Assembly (NCBI GenBank): GCA_045579965.1
Contig: JAZNMX010000036.1
Span: 90,389-154,388, forward strand
Source of the DNA: Faecousia sp.
Lineage (GTDB): Bacteria > Bacillota > Clostridia > Oscillospirales > Oscillospiraceae
Length of the DNA: 64,000 nucleotides
Reading direction: 5' to 3'
This document shows, one piece after another, positions 17,625 to 27,856 of the stretch. The notes beneath the pieces were generated by a model that saw only the letters and a program-made list of their open reading frames with translations, did not search any database and had not been told where the DNA came from. Numbering within the stretch: position 1 is the first letter of the stretch; the number at the start of each line of letters is the position of its first letter. The translations under genes and the position numbers were made by a program.

Positions 17625-19274
17625 TTGCTGAGCGTTCTGCATATTGAAAATATTGCCGTCATTGAGCAGGCGGATATTTCCTTTGACCGGGGCTTTAATG
17701 TGCTGACCGGTGAAACCGGTGCCGGTAAATCTATTGTCATTGATGCCATTTCTGCCATTTTGGGCGAGCGGGCCTACCGGGATATGATTCGTACCGGTGC
17801 GGAAAAGGCTTCTGTTCGGGCAATTTTTACCGAGGTAACCGAGTATCCCTGGTTTGCCGATAACGGCGTTCCGTACGATTCGGAAACTGTCATTCAGCGG
17901 GATATCTTTCTGGATGGCAGAAATGTCTGCCGGGTCAATGGCGCCCTGGTCACCGTTTCCATTCTCCGGCAGCTGGGCATTCAGCTGATCAACATTCACG
18001 GTCAGCACGATTCCGCCAGCCTGTTTGACGAAAATAATCATCTTACATATTTGGACGACTATGCAGAAAACCGGCAGCTGCTTGCTTCGTACGTCGAAAA
18101 ATACCGTACGGTTTCGGATTTGAAAAATCAAATCCACCGCATGACCATGGACGAGGGAGAAAAGCTTCGCCGCATGGAAACCCTGCGCTATCAAATTGCC
18201 GAAATTGAGAAGGCGGAGCTGAAAGCAGGGGAGGATGAAGCCCTGGAGGATCGTCGTAAAATTCTGCAGAATGCGGAAAAGCTCTCCGACAGTATGAACG
18301 CTGCCGCAGTCTATTTAGACGGTGACGATGATTCTGACGGCGCACTCAGTCTGCTGTCCATGGCTGAGCGGTCACTCTCCAAGCTCTCCAGATTCACAGA
18401 CAGCTATAATCCTCTGCGGGAGCGGCTGACTGACCTGATGTATCAGGTGCAGGATGTTGCTGAGGAGGTTCGCTCTTTCCGGGAGGAGCTGGATTATTCC
18501 GGAGACGAACTGGAAACCATTGAAGCGCGTTTGGATGTGATTCACAGGCTGCGGAAAAAATACGGCTCTAACTGTGAGGAAATTCTCAATTATCTGGATA
18601 AAGCGAAGCAGGAGCTGGACGAAATCGAATTTGCTGACGACCGCCTGGCCCGGCTGAAAGAGAAACTCCTTGCTGCCGAGGAACAGGCATGGGATGCGGC
18701 AAAAAAGCTGCGTCAGAGCCGCAAGACGGCTGCTATCGCACTTTCTAAGCAGATTCTTTCTGAGCTTTCCCAGCTGGATATGCCGAAGGTTCAGTTTTCC
18801 TGCGAATTTACGGAAACAGAGCTTGCGGCAAACGGTGCAGATGCCGTGGCATTTTATATGTCCGCCAATGCAGGCGAGGCCTTGAAGCCCATGAGCAAGG
18901 TGGCCTCCGGCGGCGAATTGGCACGAATCATGCTGGCTATGAAGAATGTCCTTGCCCAGCAGGATCGGATCGGAACATTGATTTTTGACGAGGTGGATAC
19001 GGGTGTATCCGGCCGTGCTGCCCAGAAGGTAGCTCAGAAGCTGCGCAGCGTTGCCCGGAATAAGCAGGTTTTGTGCGTTACCCATTTGCCCCAGATTGCG
19101 GCCATGGGCGAAACCCACATGCTGATTGCCAAATCCGAGCGGTCCGGCAGAACCTATACAACAGTTACGCCCTTGGACCGGGCAGGCCGTACGGAGGAAT
19201 TGGCCCGGATGATTGGCGGCGCCAATATTACCCAGATAACCCTTAAGAGTGCAGAAGAAATGCTGCAGGGCTAG
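17625..19274 (+). CDS. recN: DNA repair protein RecN
   Basis: GETGAGKS, IHGQHD, ASGGELAR, FDEVDTG, THLPQ. Confidence 0.97.
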   Translation: MLSVLHIENIAVIEQADISFDRGFNVLTGETGAGKSIVIDAISAILGERAYRDMIRTGAEKASVRAIFTEVTEYPWFADNGVPYDSETVIQRDIFLDGRNVCRVNGALVTVSILRQLGIQLINIHGQHDSASLFDENNHLTYLDDYAENRQLLASYVEKYRTVSDLKNQIHRMTMDEGEKLRRMETLRYQIAEIEKAELKAGEDEALEDRRKILQNAEKLSDSMNAAAVYLDGDDDSDGALSLLSMAERSLSKLSRFTDSYNPLRERLTDLMYQVQDVAEEVRSFREELDYSGDELETIEARLDVIHRLRKKYGSNCEEILNYLDKAKQELDEIEFADDRLARLKEKLLAAEEQAWDAAKKLRQSRKTAAIALSKQILSELSQLDMPKVQFSCEFTETELAANGADAVAFYMSANAGEALKPMSKVASGGELARIMLAMKNVLAQQDRIGTLIFDEVDTGVSGRAAQKVAQKLRSVARNKQVLCVTHLPQIAAMGETHMLIAKSERSGRTYTTVTPLDRAGRTEELARMIGGANITQITLKSAEEMLQG

Positions 19275-19284
19275 GAGGATTTCC

Positions 19285-20010
19285 ATGAAGAAATATATAT
19301 GGATCCTCGCGGCGGTGGTATTGTTTGTGGCTGCGACAGCCGGCAGAACCGGTGACCAACCCATGCCTACAGCGCCTTCTGACGAACAAGTGGCAGTTTC
19401 TTCCTTTCCCACCGGAAGCCCTCTGCCGGAAACACAGGTGACAACTACTCCTGCCACCTCAGAGGCTACATACCCTGAGGACGAAGGACTTGCTCCGGTG
19501 GTTGCGGCCTTACGAAAATTGGCCCGCACTTCCTGGACTTCTCCTTTAAAAGCGGAATTTGGGGAAATTACCGGTTCCAGGCGGTTTGCATCCTCCCGCA
19601 GCAGCGGAGCCCGGGCCCATGCCGGTGTGGATTTTGTCGCACCGCACGGTACTTCGGTATATGCGATAACCAACGGCACGGTCCAAAGGATTGCCGGCTT
19701 TTATCAAAATACCATGGCAGTAGAGATTCTGAATGATGATGGATCAATCCTGCGTTACTGCGAGATTGACCCAATTGTTGAAGCAGGGGACTATGTAACC
19801 CAGGGTCAAAAAATCGGTACGATTCTGCGGGCGGACAGCGGGACGGAAATGCTTCATATGGAGGTTTACACCGGTGAGGCTACCGGCATGCTGACGCAAT
19901 CTGATAACCAAAAATATTCCTATGTAGATGATCAGCTGGTTTATCTTCGCCGCTGGGATTTGCTTGACCCCACATTTCTTACGGAATTGCCCTGCTTTAC
20001 CGGAGAATGA
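19285..20010 (+). CDS. Exported M23 family peptidase-domain protein
   Basis: Signal peptide, P/T-rich linker, HAGVDF motif, VTQGQKIG, MLHME. Confidence 0.8.
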   Translation: MKKYIWILAAVVLFVAATAGRTGDQPMPTAPSDEQVAVSSFPTGSPLPETQVTTTPATSEATYPEDEGLAPVVAALRKLARTSWTSPLKAEFGEITGSRRFASSRSSGARAHAGVDFVAPHGTSVYAITNGTVQRIAGFYQNTMAVEILNDDGSILRYCEIDPIVEAGDYVTQGQKIGTILRADSGTEMLHMEVYTGEATGMLTQSDNQKYSYVDDQLVYLRRWDLLDPTFLTELPCFTGE

Positions 20011-20021
20011 GCAGATATTTC

Positions 20022-20050
20022 TTGACAAATGATAATCTTTTGGCTATCAT
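20022..20050 (+). promoter_or_regulatory. SigA promoter of the tyrS leader
   Basis: TTGACA-N17-TATCAT. Confidence 0.75.
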
Positions 20051-20059
20051 ATTGCCAGT

Positions 20060-20318
20060 AACACAGTGATGGGAACAAGTAACCGATTCCTTTCCCGACA
20101 GAGAGTTGCCGGTTGGTGCAAGGCAACGGGGCAAGTTCGGTGAAATACCTCCCGGAGTGGCCTTTCTGAACAGCTTAGTAGGGGAGGACGGGTACGCCCG
20201 ATATCGCGTGAAGCGTTGTTAGACGCTTTGAGGTCTGTACTGTGAGGTGCAGGCGAACCAGAGGTGGTACCGCGTATTTTACGCCCTCTGTCCATTTTGG
20301 ACAGAGGGTTTTATTTTT
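20060..20318 (+). promoter_or_regulatory. T-box riboswitch (Tyr specifier TAC at 20146-20148)
   Basis: AGAGA and GGTGCAA stem I motifs, AGTA box, GAGGTGGTACCGCG T-box, terminator CCCTCTGTCC...GGACAGAGGG plus T run. Confidence 0.93.
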
Positions 20319-20332
20319 TGGAGGAATGAACT

Positions 20333-21556
20333 ATGAAACTGTATGACGAGCTGGTTGCCAGAGGTCTGATAGCCCAGGTAACCAACGAAGCCGAAATCCG
20401 GGATATGATTGACAACGGCAAGGCAACCTTCTATATCGGCTTTGACCCCACTGCCGATTCTCTGCATGTTGGTCATTTTATGGCCCTTTGCCTGATGAAA
20501 CGGCTGCAGATGGCAGGAAACCGCCCCATCGCCCTCATCGGCGGCGGCACTGCCATGATTGGCGACCCCTCCGGCAGAACCGATATGCGCTCTATGATGA
20601 CCAAGGAGACCATCGACCATAACTGCGCCTGCTTCAAAAAGCAGATGGAGCGGTTTATTGAGTTCGGCGAGGGAAAGGCGCAGATGGTAAACAATGCTGA
20701 TTGGCTGCTGAACCTCAACTATGTGGACTTTATCCGGGAAATTGGCGGCTGCTTCTCCGTCAACAATATGCTCCGGGCGGAATGCTTCAAGCAGAGAATG
20801 GAAAAGGGCCTTTCCTTCCTGGAGTTTAACTACATGCCCATGCAGTCCTACGACTTTTACTACCTGTTCCAGCACTACGGCTGTAACATGCAGTTCGGCG
20901 GAAATGACCAATGGAGCAACATGCTTGGCGGCACAGAGCTGATTCGCCGGAAGCTGGGCAAGGATGCCCACGCCATGACCATTACCTTGCTCTTAAACTC
21001 CGAGGGTAAGAAGATGGGCAAGACCGCCAAGGGCGCTGTGTGGCTTGATCCCAATAAGACCACACCCTTTGATTTCTATCAGTACTGGCGCAATGTGGAG
21101 GATGCAGACGTTCTCAAATGTATCCGGATGCTGACCTTCCTGCCCATGGAGGAAATTGATGCCATGGCGGACTGGAAGGATGCACAGCTGAATACTGCCA
21201 AGGAAATCCTTGCTTATGAGCTGACCAAGCTTGTCCACGGTGAGGAGGAAGCAGAAAAGGCAAAGGCGGCTGCCAAGGCGCTGTTTGTGGTCGGGGGTGA
21301 CGATGCCAATATGCCTACCACCGCTGTGCCGGCTGACATGCTTCAGGACGGCAAGATCGGCATTCTGACTCTGATGGTTCACTGCGGCCTGGCCCCCTCC
21401 AACAAGCAGGCGCGGCAGCTGGTGGAGCAAGGCGGTGTGTTTGTCAATGACGAAAAAGTCCCTGCGGCCCAGTTCACCATCACGGAAGAAATGCTGAAAG
21501 ATGGCGTGAAAATCCGTAAGGGTAAAAAGGTGTTCCACAAGGCGATCCTTATGTAA
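20333..21556 (+). CDS. tyrS: Tyrosyl-tRNA synthetase
   Basis: GFDPTADSLHVGH, GGNDQW, KMGKT, C-terminal S4 domain. Confidence 0.98.
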   Translation: MKLYDELVARGLIAQVTNEAEIRDMIDNGKATFYIGFDPTADSLHVGHFMALCLMKRLQMAGNRPIALIGGGTAMIGDPSGRTDMRSMMTKETIDHNCACFKKQMERFIEFGEGKAQMVNNADWLLNLNYVDFIREIGGCFSVNNMLRAECFKQRMEKGLSFLEFNYMPMQSYDFYYLFQHYGCNMQFGGNDQWSNMLGGTELIRRKLGKDAHAMTITLLLNSEGKKMGKTAKGAVWLDPNKTTPFDFYQYWRNVEDADVLKCIRMLTFLPMEEIDAMADWKDAQLNTAKEILAYELTKLVHGEEEAEKAKAAAKALFVVGGDDANMPTTAVPADMLQDGKIGILTLMVHCGLAPSNKQARQLVEQGGVFVNDEKVPAAQFTITEEMLKDGVKIRKGKKVFHKAILM

Positions 21557-21584
21557 TATAATAAAACTGAAAGAAGGTATTTAG

Positions 21585-22571
21585 ATGAAAAAGATCATAG
21601 CAGTTGTACTTTCACTGTGCTTGGTGCTAGTGCTTGCAGCCTGTTCAGAAGCTGGCTCCGGCCAGAATACCGGTTTGCAGCCTGGTGGCAGCAATCTAGG
21701 CAACAGCAACCAGGGAGGAGTCCAGGAGAACACTCAGGGCGGTACCTCCTCTGACGCAACGTATACGATTCCTGCGGAGACATATCCTCCTGATGAAGCC
21801 TTCAGCCCCTACGGTACCTGGGTGTGGGAAGGTAACGACAAGCTTACCATGACTTTGAACCAGGACGGTACGGTCCGCTTTGAGGACAAATCAGACAACT
21901 CCGGTTGGGACACCATTCCCAGAGTTCAAGCCCTGTATTTTAACGATAACGGCACATTTACCTACACGGAAGGCGAAAAAAGCCTCATGCTGCATACGCA
22001 GGCCGATGATCGTCAAAACGATGATGAGGTCAACATTTCCGTTGGCTACGGCTACTACATGCTGAAAGGTGTATACTATTTCAATTTTGTCCCTGCGGAG
22101 CATTACGAACAGGCGCATGAGGTTTTCCTAAATGGTCCTATTTATGAGAGGATGGATACCTCTAAGATTATTGATGTAGGCACGACCTATGACCTGTACC
22201 CCGATAACGAGGTTAAAATGACCATTACGAAGCTGGAGCTGGACAGCAACTATGAACTGAAGGTATTTTGCACCATTTCTGCTAAGACCGGTGTAAGATC
22301 TTTTGATTGGATTAATTGGACCTTTTATCAGAAGGGGTGTTCCAGCATCATGTCTGACCGCCTGTATTTCATGGATATGAGTGGTAATGAGGTTGATGGC
22401 ATTGGTGACGGGAAAACTCTGGAAGGCTATTTTACTATTGACAACACGAATTCTTTGCTGCCTATCAGCCAAATCTGGTACGGTGACCAACTGAAGGCTT
22501 GTGTCTATGTCGGTGGTATGTACACGGGTTGCGGCTTCTATTTCATTTTGCCTGAGCAACCCACTACCTAA
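21585..22571 (+). CDS. Hypothetical lipoprotein
   Basis: MKK signal with LAAC lipobox, G/N/Q-rich linker, aromatic-rich domains. Confidence 0.75.
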   Translation: MKKIIAVVLSLCLVLVLAACSEAGSGQNTGLQPGGSNLGNSNQGGVQENTQGGTSSDATYTIPAETYPPDEAFSPYGTWVWEGNDKLTMTLNQDGTVRFEDKSDNSGWDTIPRVQALYFNDNGTFTYTEGEKSLMLHTQADDRQNDDEVNISVGYGYYMLKGVYYFNFVPAEHYEQAHEVFLNGPIYERMDTSKIIDVGTTYDLYPDNEVKMTITKLELDSNYELKVFCTISAKTGVRSFDWINWTFYQKGCSSIMSDRLYFMDMSGNEVDGIGDGKTLEGYFTIDNTNSLLPISQIWYGDQLKACVYVGGMYTGCGFYFILPEQPTT

Positions 22572-22591
22572 GTTGCGATGGAGGAGTTCAA

Positions 22592-22802
22592 TGAAAACCA
22601 TGTATTCGCACCTCAGAAACATTCGCAGGTAGCGGCTATGCAACCATGACAGCAGGTAAGATCGCTGTAGATTATCCCGGTAAGTACCGGATTCTGAACC
22701 GTGGTATCAGCGGTAATCGCAGCACGGATTTATATGCCCGTATCAAGAGTGATGTCATTAATCTTAAGCCGGATATTATGACCGTACTCATTGGCATCAA
22801 TA
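22592..22802 (+). pseudogene. SGNH/GDSL hydrolase remnant
   Basis: GGAGG-ATG start; block II NRGISGNR and block III LIGIN present, GDS block and C-terminus absent, frame broken. Confidence 0.7.
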
Positions 22803-22815
22803 CAGAAGATTTTAT

Positions 22816-22845
22816 AAAAAATACCCCCGACTGGGGGTATTTTTT
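22816..22845. terminator. Bidirectional terminator
   Basis: AAAAAATACCCCC-GACT-GGGGGTATTTTTT. Confidence 0.8.
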
Positions 22846-23710
22846 ACGTCAAAAGCGTTTTTAAATAAGCGATGCTTTCACCTGATAATTCTGTAAGCGG
22901 CAGACGGCAGCCACCGCAGTCAAATCCGATGTGCTTCATTGCCGCTTTCACAGGAATGGGGTTTACTTCGCAAAACAGGGCGTCGGTCAGCTCTCCTAGG
23001 TCAGCCTGCAGGGCTGCTGCAGTATCAAAGTCGCCTGCCAACGCCGCCTCGGTCAAAAGTCTAACTTTTTCTGGTACTACATTACTCAGTACAGAAATCA
23101 CACCCAGTCCGCCCAAAGAGATAATCGGCGTAATCATGTCGTCATTACCGGACCAAAGGGGCAAATCCGGACACATCCTTCGAATTTTTCCGATCTTTGA
23201 AATGCTCTGGCTTGCTTCCTTAATGCCGGCAATGTTGGAGATCGTGGACAACACTTCATAAACCTCTACCGGAATATCCAGTCCCGTTCTGGATGGTACA
23301 TTGTAGACAATTACCGGCAGATTCACTTCACTGCATATGAGCCCGTAATGCTGAATGATGCCCCGTGATGATGCTTTGTTGTAATATGGACTGACCACCA
23401 ACAGACCGTCTGCACCTGTTTGTGCAGCCGCCTTGCTCAGTTCTACGGCGTGTTTTGTTGAATTTGAGCCGGTGCCGGCAATGATTTTCATGTCTTTGCC
23501 TACAAACTCCTTGCTCCTTCGGAACAGTTCCAGCTTTTCCTCGTCTGAGAGTGTTGGCGCTTCTCCCGTTGTTCCGCAGATGATGCAAGCGCCAATGCCC
23601 GCCTCCAACTGACGGTCAAGAAGTCGATTGAGCATCGGATAATTGATTACATCCCCTAAAAATGGGGTTACAAGAGCAGTGCAAACCCCTGTAAACAACA
23701 CATTTCTCAT
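22844..23710 (-). CDS. dapA: 4-hydroxy-tetrahydrodipicolinate synthase
   Basis: ALVTPF, GTTGE, PYYNK, YNVPSRTG, GIKEAS, NPIPVK. Confidence 0.93.
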   Translation of the reverse strand: MRNVLFTGVCTALVTPFLGDVINYPMLNRLLDRQLEAGIGACIICGTTGEAPTLSDEEKLELFRRSKEFVGKDMKIIAGTGSNSTKHAVELSKAAAQTGADGLLVVSPYYNKASSRGIIQHYGLICSEVNLPVIVYNVPSRTGLDIPVEVYEVLSTISNIAGIKEASQSISKIGKIRRMCPDLPLWSGNDDMITPIISLGGLGVISVLSNVVPEKVRLLTEAALAGDFDTAAALQADLGELTDALFCEVNPIPVKAAMKHIGFDCGGCRLPLTELSGESIAYLKTLLT

Positions 23711-23829
23711 ATTAAATCCCTCCATGCCAGTGTATGTAAAGAAAACTTTACCGTGCAATATCGTCATTTGACATTTCTTGCAGGAATGGATACAATGTAA
23801 TCAGATTTTACAATATTGAGGTGGTTTCT

Positions 23830-25518
23830 GTGAAAAAATCGTGGATTCTTATGCTTACTGTATTGTGTTTGATTTTTTCCTTGTGCAATACCGCATTACC
23901 GGTGCAGGCGGCTGAGGAAGAACGCTACGGGTATTCCTTGCTGACTACGGAAATTCAGCGCAGCGCATATCATGCCATTGCGGCAGGAATTGGCGAAGCA
24001 AAGGCGGAGATTTCCTTTACAATCCCCGCAATTTCACAAGATGCCGTTTCTGCCCTTTTCGATGAAATTGAGCAGGCAGAGAAAATGGTCCTCAAGGACT
24101 ATCCCGAATATTTCTGGTATCATGGCGGCTACAGAGTAAACGTATCCGGCACTACCGTAACCTTGATACCCAGCGCCTATTCTGTGGCAGGGGAGACGGT
24201 TACAGCCGGAAGCGCAAAGCTGAATAATGCCAAATCCAAGCTGGAGCAGGCTGTTTCCGCAGCCCTAGCCACTTTGCCCAGAAATCCTTCTGACTATGAG
24301 ATAGCCCACGGGCTTCACGATTATTTGGTGAACAATGTAGAGTATCTGGAAGTGGGCGACCATCAGACTTCCTATGGTGCATTGGTCAGCGGCAAAGCAG
24401 TTTGCGCCGGTTACGCCCGGGCTTATCAGCTGCTGATGACCCGGGCGGGAATCCGCTGCGCCTATATCAGCGGTAAGTCCTATAATCCTCAGGGCGTTCT
24501 GATTCCTCACGCCTGGAATCTGGTCTGGCTGGACGGAAAGTGTTACTACACGGATGTCACCTGGGACGATCAGGGCGCTGAATTGTTTCATGAATATCTG
24601 AACATGAGTAAGGGAGAAATGCAAAACACCCATTTTGCGGACGCCGGAGAAATTCTTCCTTCTAGCTGCAGCCATGACAACTACCGGTTCTTCATAAAGA
24701 ACCGGGGAAAAGGCGTTTGCGATATTCAATCCTTAATGTCTGACGACGATATTGCGGATTATTTCGAATTAAAATCCAGGAACGGAAACCAGGCGGTTTA
24801 CTATTGTACAATTCACTACCATGGAGATGACTTCAATACATGGTTCAACGAACATTATGCAACCATTGGACAGAAGCTGGGATTTACATCCTATGAAATT
24901 AGTCTGATCGAGTTGGGTCACGAGCATCATGTCACATATTCCGGTGAGCTGCGCTCCGGCGCAACACAGCCCACCCAAGCGCCTACAACGGCAACAGCAG
25001 CGCCAACGCAGCCCACGGCTTCTACTGCCGCTACCCCACCTACAACGCCCACACAGCCGACAACGCGGCCGACAACTGCTACACAGGCTCCCACTACGAC
25101 ACCTACTCAGGCGTCTACCGTGGCTCCCACACAACTCACGCAGCCGACGGTTCCCACCACCCCCGCTAACCCCACAAATCCTGCAAACACCACTAATCCG
25201 ACGCAACAAACCCAGGCAACAACCCAGGCTACGGCGCCCGCAGAATCCGCAGCCCCCACCCAAGGCACCGCCAATCCGCCTTCCGAGGGAACTCAGGCCA
25301 GTATCCCGACTGAAACATCCCGGCCTGACCAATCCCAGACTACAGAAGGTACTGTTGCTGCCACGATTCCCACAGAGCCCACCTCCGGTGAGCCAGATGA
25401 TGCTTCCGGCCAAGACAACCAAGGTTCCATGACATGGATCATTGCTTCAATTGTTGTGATTGCCTGCGCTGGGGCAGGCGCTGCAGTGTTCTTTGTGATT
25501 CGCAAGAAGAAAGCATAA
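23830..25518 (+). CDS. Cell-surface transglutaminase-like domain protein with P/T-rich stalk and C-terminal TM anchor
   Basis: Signal peptide; VCAGYARAY / HAWN / DVTWDD triad; C-terminal TM plus RKKK. Confidence 0.85.
   Translation: MKKSWILMLTVLCLIFSLCNTALPVQAAEEERYGYSLLTTEIQRSAYHAIAAGIGEAKAEISFTIPAISQDAVSALFDEIEQAEKMVLKDYPEYFWYHGGYRVNVSGTTVTLIPSAYSVAGETVTAGSAKLNNAKSKLEQAVSAALATLPRNPSDYEIAHGLHDYLVNNVEYLEVGDHQTSYGALVSGKAVCAGYARAYQLLMTRAGIRCAYISGKSYNPQGVLIPHAWNLVWLDGKCYYTDVTWDDQGAELFHEYLNMSKGEMQNTHFADAGEILPSSCSHDNYRFFIKNRGKGVCDIQSLMSDDDIADYFELKSRNGNQAVYYCTIHYHGDDFNTWFNEHYATIGQKLGFTSYEISLIELGHEHHVTYSGELRSGATQPTQAPTTATAAPTQPTASTAATPPTTPTQPTTRPTTATQAPTTTPTQASTVAPTQLTQPTVPTTPANPTNPANTTNPTQQTQATTQATAPAESAAPTQGTANPPSEGTQASIPTETSRPDQSQTTEGTVAATIPTEPTSGEPDDASGQDNQGSMTWIIASIVVIACAGAGAAVFFVIRKKKA
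24960..25390 (+). repeat. Low-complexity Pro/Thr/Gln-rich coding repeats (TQPT/TQAP/TNP units)
   Basis: AC-rich degenerate tandem codons inside the CDS. Confidence 0.8.
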
Positions 25519-25625
25519 TGATTTGCTCCCCACGGCCTTTTCTCTGTGGGGAGCAAACTGTTGCAAAATATCAAATTTTGCGCTATACTATCCAAAAGTA
25601 AGTCACATGTCGGAGGATAACCGTA

Positions 25626-26648
25626 TTGAACACCCATGATTTTTGGTATAATCTGCCGGAGGAGCTGATTGCCCAGACGCCCCTGCAGCAGCGGGATACA
25701 TCCCGTTTGATGGTTCTGGAGAGAGCCACCGGCAATCTGTCTCATCGCCACTTTTACGATGTAATCGAATATCTTCAGCCCGGCGATTGCCTTGTGATGA
25801 ACGATTCCCGGGTTTTGCCTGCCCGTTTGCTGGGCCACAGACCCACCGGCGGTGCTGTGGAGATTTTGCTGCTGCGGGATCTAGGCGGAAAGAAATGGGA
25901 GTGCCTTTGTAAGCCCGGCAGAAAAATGCAGGTTGGCAGTGAGGTCGTGTTCGGAAACGGAGAATTGACCGCCGTCGTTCGTGAGGTTCAGGAAGACGGC
26001 AACCGGGTGGTGGAGTTTTCCTACGACGGCATTTTCCTGGAGGTTTTGGAACGGCTGGGGAAGATGCCGTTGCCACCCTATATTAAGGCGGAACTTTCCG
26101 ACCATGAGCGGTATCAAACTGTTTATTCCCGGGAGGTAGGCTCTGCTGCAGCACCGACCGCCGGACTTCATTTTACGCCGGAACTTTTGGATGCCATCCG
26201 GGCCAAGGGTGTCAAGACAGCTTTTGTAACCCTTCATGTGGGTTTGGGCACATTCCGTCCCGTAAAGGTGGATAACGTGGAAAGCCACCGTATGCACAGC
26301 GAACTGTGTATGATGGGGGAGGAGACGGCAAGGATATTAAACGAAACCAAGGCCAATGGCGGAAGAATCATTTGTGTGGGCACAACCTCCTGCCGTACCC
26401 TGGAATCTCTTGTGAATCCGGACGGCAGCTTTGCACCGGCCAGCAAATGGACCGACATTTTTATTTATCCCGGCTATGAATTTAAGGCTATGCAGGGTCT
26501 GATTACCAATTTCCATCTGCCGGAAAGCACCCTTGTTATGCTGGTTTCCGCTTTTGCCGGCAAGGAGCATGTACTTTTTGCCTATGAAAAAGCGGTTGAA
26601 GAAAAGTATCGTTTCTTTAGCTTTGGCGATGCGATGCTGATATTGTGA
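25626..26648 (+). CDS. queA: S-adenosylmethionine:tRNA ribosyltransferase-isomerase
   Basis: [37 protein letters not shown]. Confidence 0.97.
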   Translation: MNTHDFWYNLPEELIAQTPLQQRDTSRLMVLERATGNLSHRHFYDVIEYLQPGDCLVMNDSRVLPARLLGHRPTGGAVEILLLRDLGGKKWECLCKPGRKMQVGSEVVFGNGELTAVVREVQEDGNRVVEFSYDGIFLEVLERLGKMPLPPYIKAELSDHERYQTVYSREVGSAAAPTAGLHFTPELLDAIRAKGVKTAFVTLHVGLGTFRPVKVDNVESHRMHSELCMMGEETARILNETKANGGRIICVGTTSCRTLESLVNPDGSFAPASKWTDIFIYPGYEFKAMQGLITNFHLPESTLVMLVSAFAGKEHVLFAYEKAVEEKYRFFSFGDAMLIL

Positions 26649-26656
26649 GGTTATCT

Positions 26657-27787
26657 ATGTTTGAACTGAAAAAAACCGAGGGTAAAGCCCGTCGGGGAGA
26701 ATTTACCTGCGCCCACGGCACTGTCCAGACGCCGGTATTTATGAATGTGGGTACCCAGGGGGCGATCAAGGGCGCCCTCAGCGCAGAGGATTTGAAAACC
26801 ATTCGCTGTCAGGTGGAGCTTTCCAACACCTATCATCTGCACCTGCGGCCGGGTGACCAAATTGTGAAACAAATGGGCGGACTCCATAAATTCATGACCT
26901 GGGACGGTCCGATTCTTACGGATTCCGGCGGATTTCAGGTATTTTCCCTTTCTTCCTTGCGGAAAATCAAGGAAGAAGGCGTGTATTTCGCCTCTCATAT
27001 TGACGGACGGAAGATATTCATGGGTCCGGAGGAAAGCATGCAGATTCAGTCCAATCTCGGCAGCGACATCTGCATGGCTTTTGACGAATGTATCGAGAAT
27101 CCTGCGCCCAGAGACTATGTGCAAAAGAGTGTGGACAGAACCTATCGGTGGCTGGTTCGCTGCAAGGAAGAGAACGCCCGCTTAAACCGCCTGCCGGATA
27201 CGGTAAACCCACAGCAGATGCTTTGGGGCATCAATCAGGGCGGCACCTATGCGGACATTCGTGTAGACCACATGAAGCGCATTGCGGATCTGGACCTGCC
27301 CGGCTATGCCATCGGCGGCCTTGCCGTGGGCGAAACTGCGGAGGAAATGTACGATATTATCGAGGCAGTGGAACCCCATATGCCCAAGGAGAAAACCCGG
27401 TATCTCATGGGCGTGGGTACGCCCAGCAATATCATTGAAGCGGTATATCGGGGTGTGGACTTCTTTGACTGCGTTATGCCTGCCAGAAATGCCCGCCATG
27501 CCCGTTTGTTTACATGGGAGGGTGCAATCAATCTGAAAAATGCCAAATATCAGCTGGACGAAAATCCCATCGATCCTAACTGCGATTGCCCCGTGTGCCG
27601 GCGGTACAGCCGTGCCTATATCCGGCATCTGTTTATTGCAGAGGAAATGCTTGCCCAGCGGCTTTGCGTGATGCATAATCTGTATTTCTACAACAATCTT
27701 ATGGAGAAAATACGCAATGCCCTGGACGAGGGAACCTTTACCCAGTTCCGGAATGAATATTCTGTTAAATTAGCCCAGAGAATCTAA
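26657..27787 (+). CDS. tgt: tRNA-guanine transglycosylase
   Basis: NTYHL, TDSGGFQ, GGLAVGE, CDCPVC zinc site. Confidence 0.97.
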   Translation: MFELKKTEGKARRGEFTCAHGTVQTPVFMNVGTQGAIKGALSAEDLKTIRCQVELSNTYHLHLRPGDQIVKQMGGLHKFMTWDGPILTDSGGFQVFSLSSLRKIKEEGVYFASHIDGRKIFMGPEESMQIQSNLGSDICMAFDECIENPAPRDYVQKSVDRTYRWLVRCKEENARLNRLPDTVNPQQMLWGINQGGTYADIRVDHMKRIADLDLPGYAIGGLAVGETAEEMYDIIEAVEPHMPKEKTRYLMGVGTPSNIIEAVYRGVDFFDCVMPARNARHARLFTWEGAINLKNAKYQLDENPIDPNCDCPVCRRYSRAYIRHLFIAEEMLAQRLCVMHNLYFYNNLMEKIRNALDEGTFTQFRNEYSVKLAQRI

Positions 27788-27856
27788 GTTTTGCTTGCAA
27801 TTTCGGATTTCAATGGTATAATGATTACGATTTATTTACAAAAGGAGACGTTTTTT

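Noticed and set aside
20047-20295. ORFs in the tyrS and valS leaders (also 29250-29491)
   Set aside because: Explained by T-box riboswitches
24960-25390. Repetitive DNA as a possible CRISPR or VNTR array
   Set aside because: Degenerate in-frame Pro/Thr codons without fixed repeat-spacer periodicity; no cas genes
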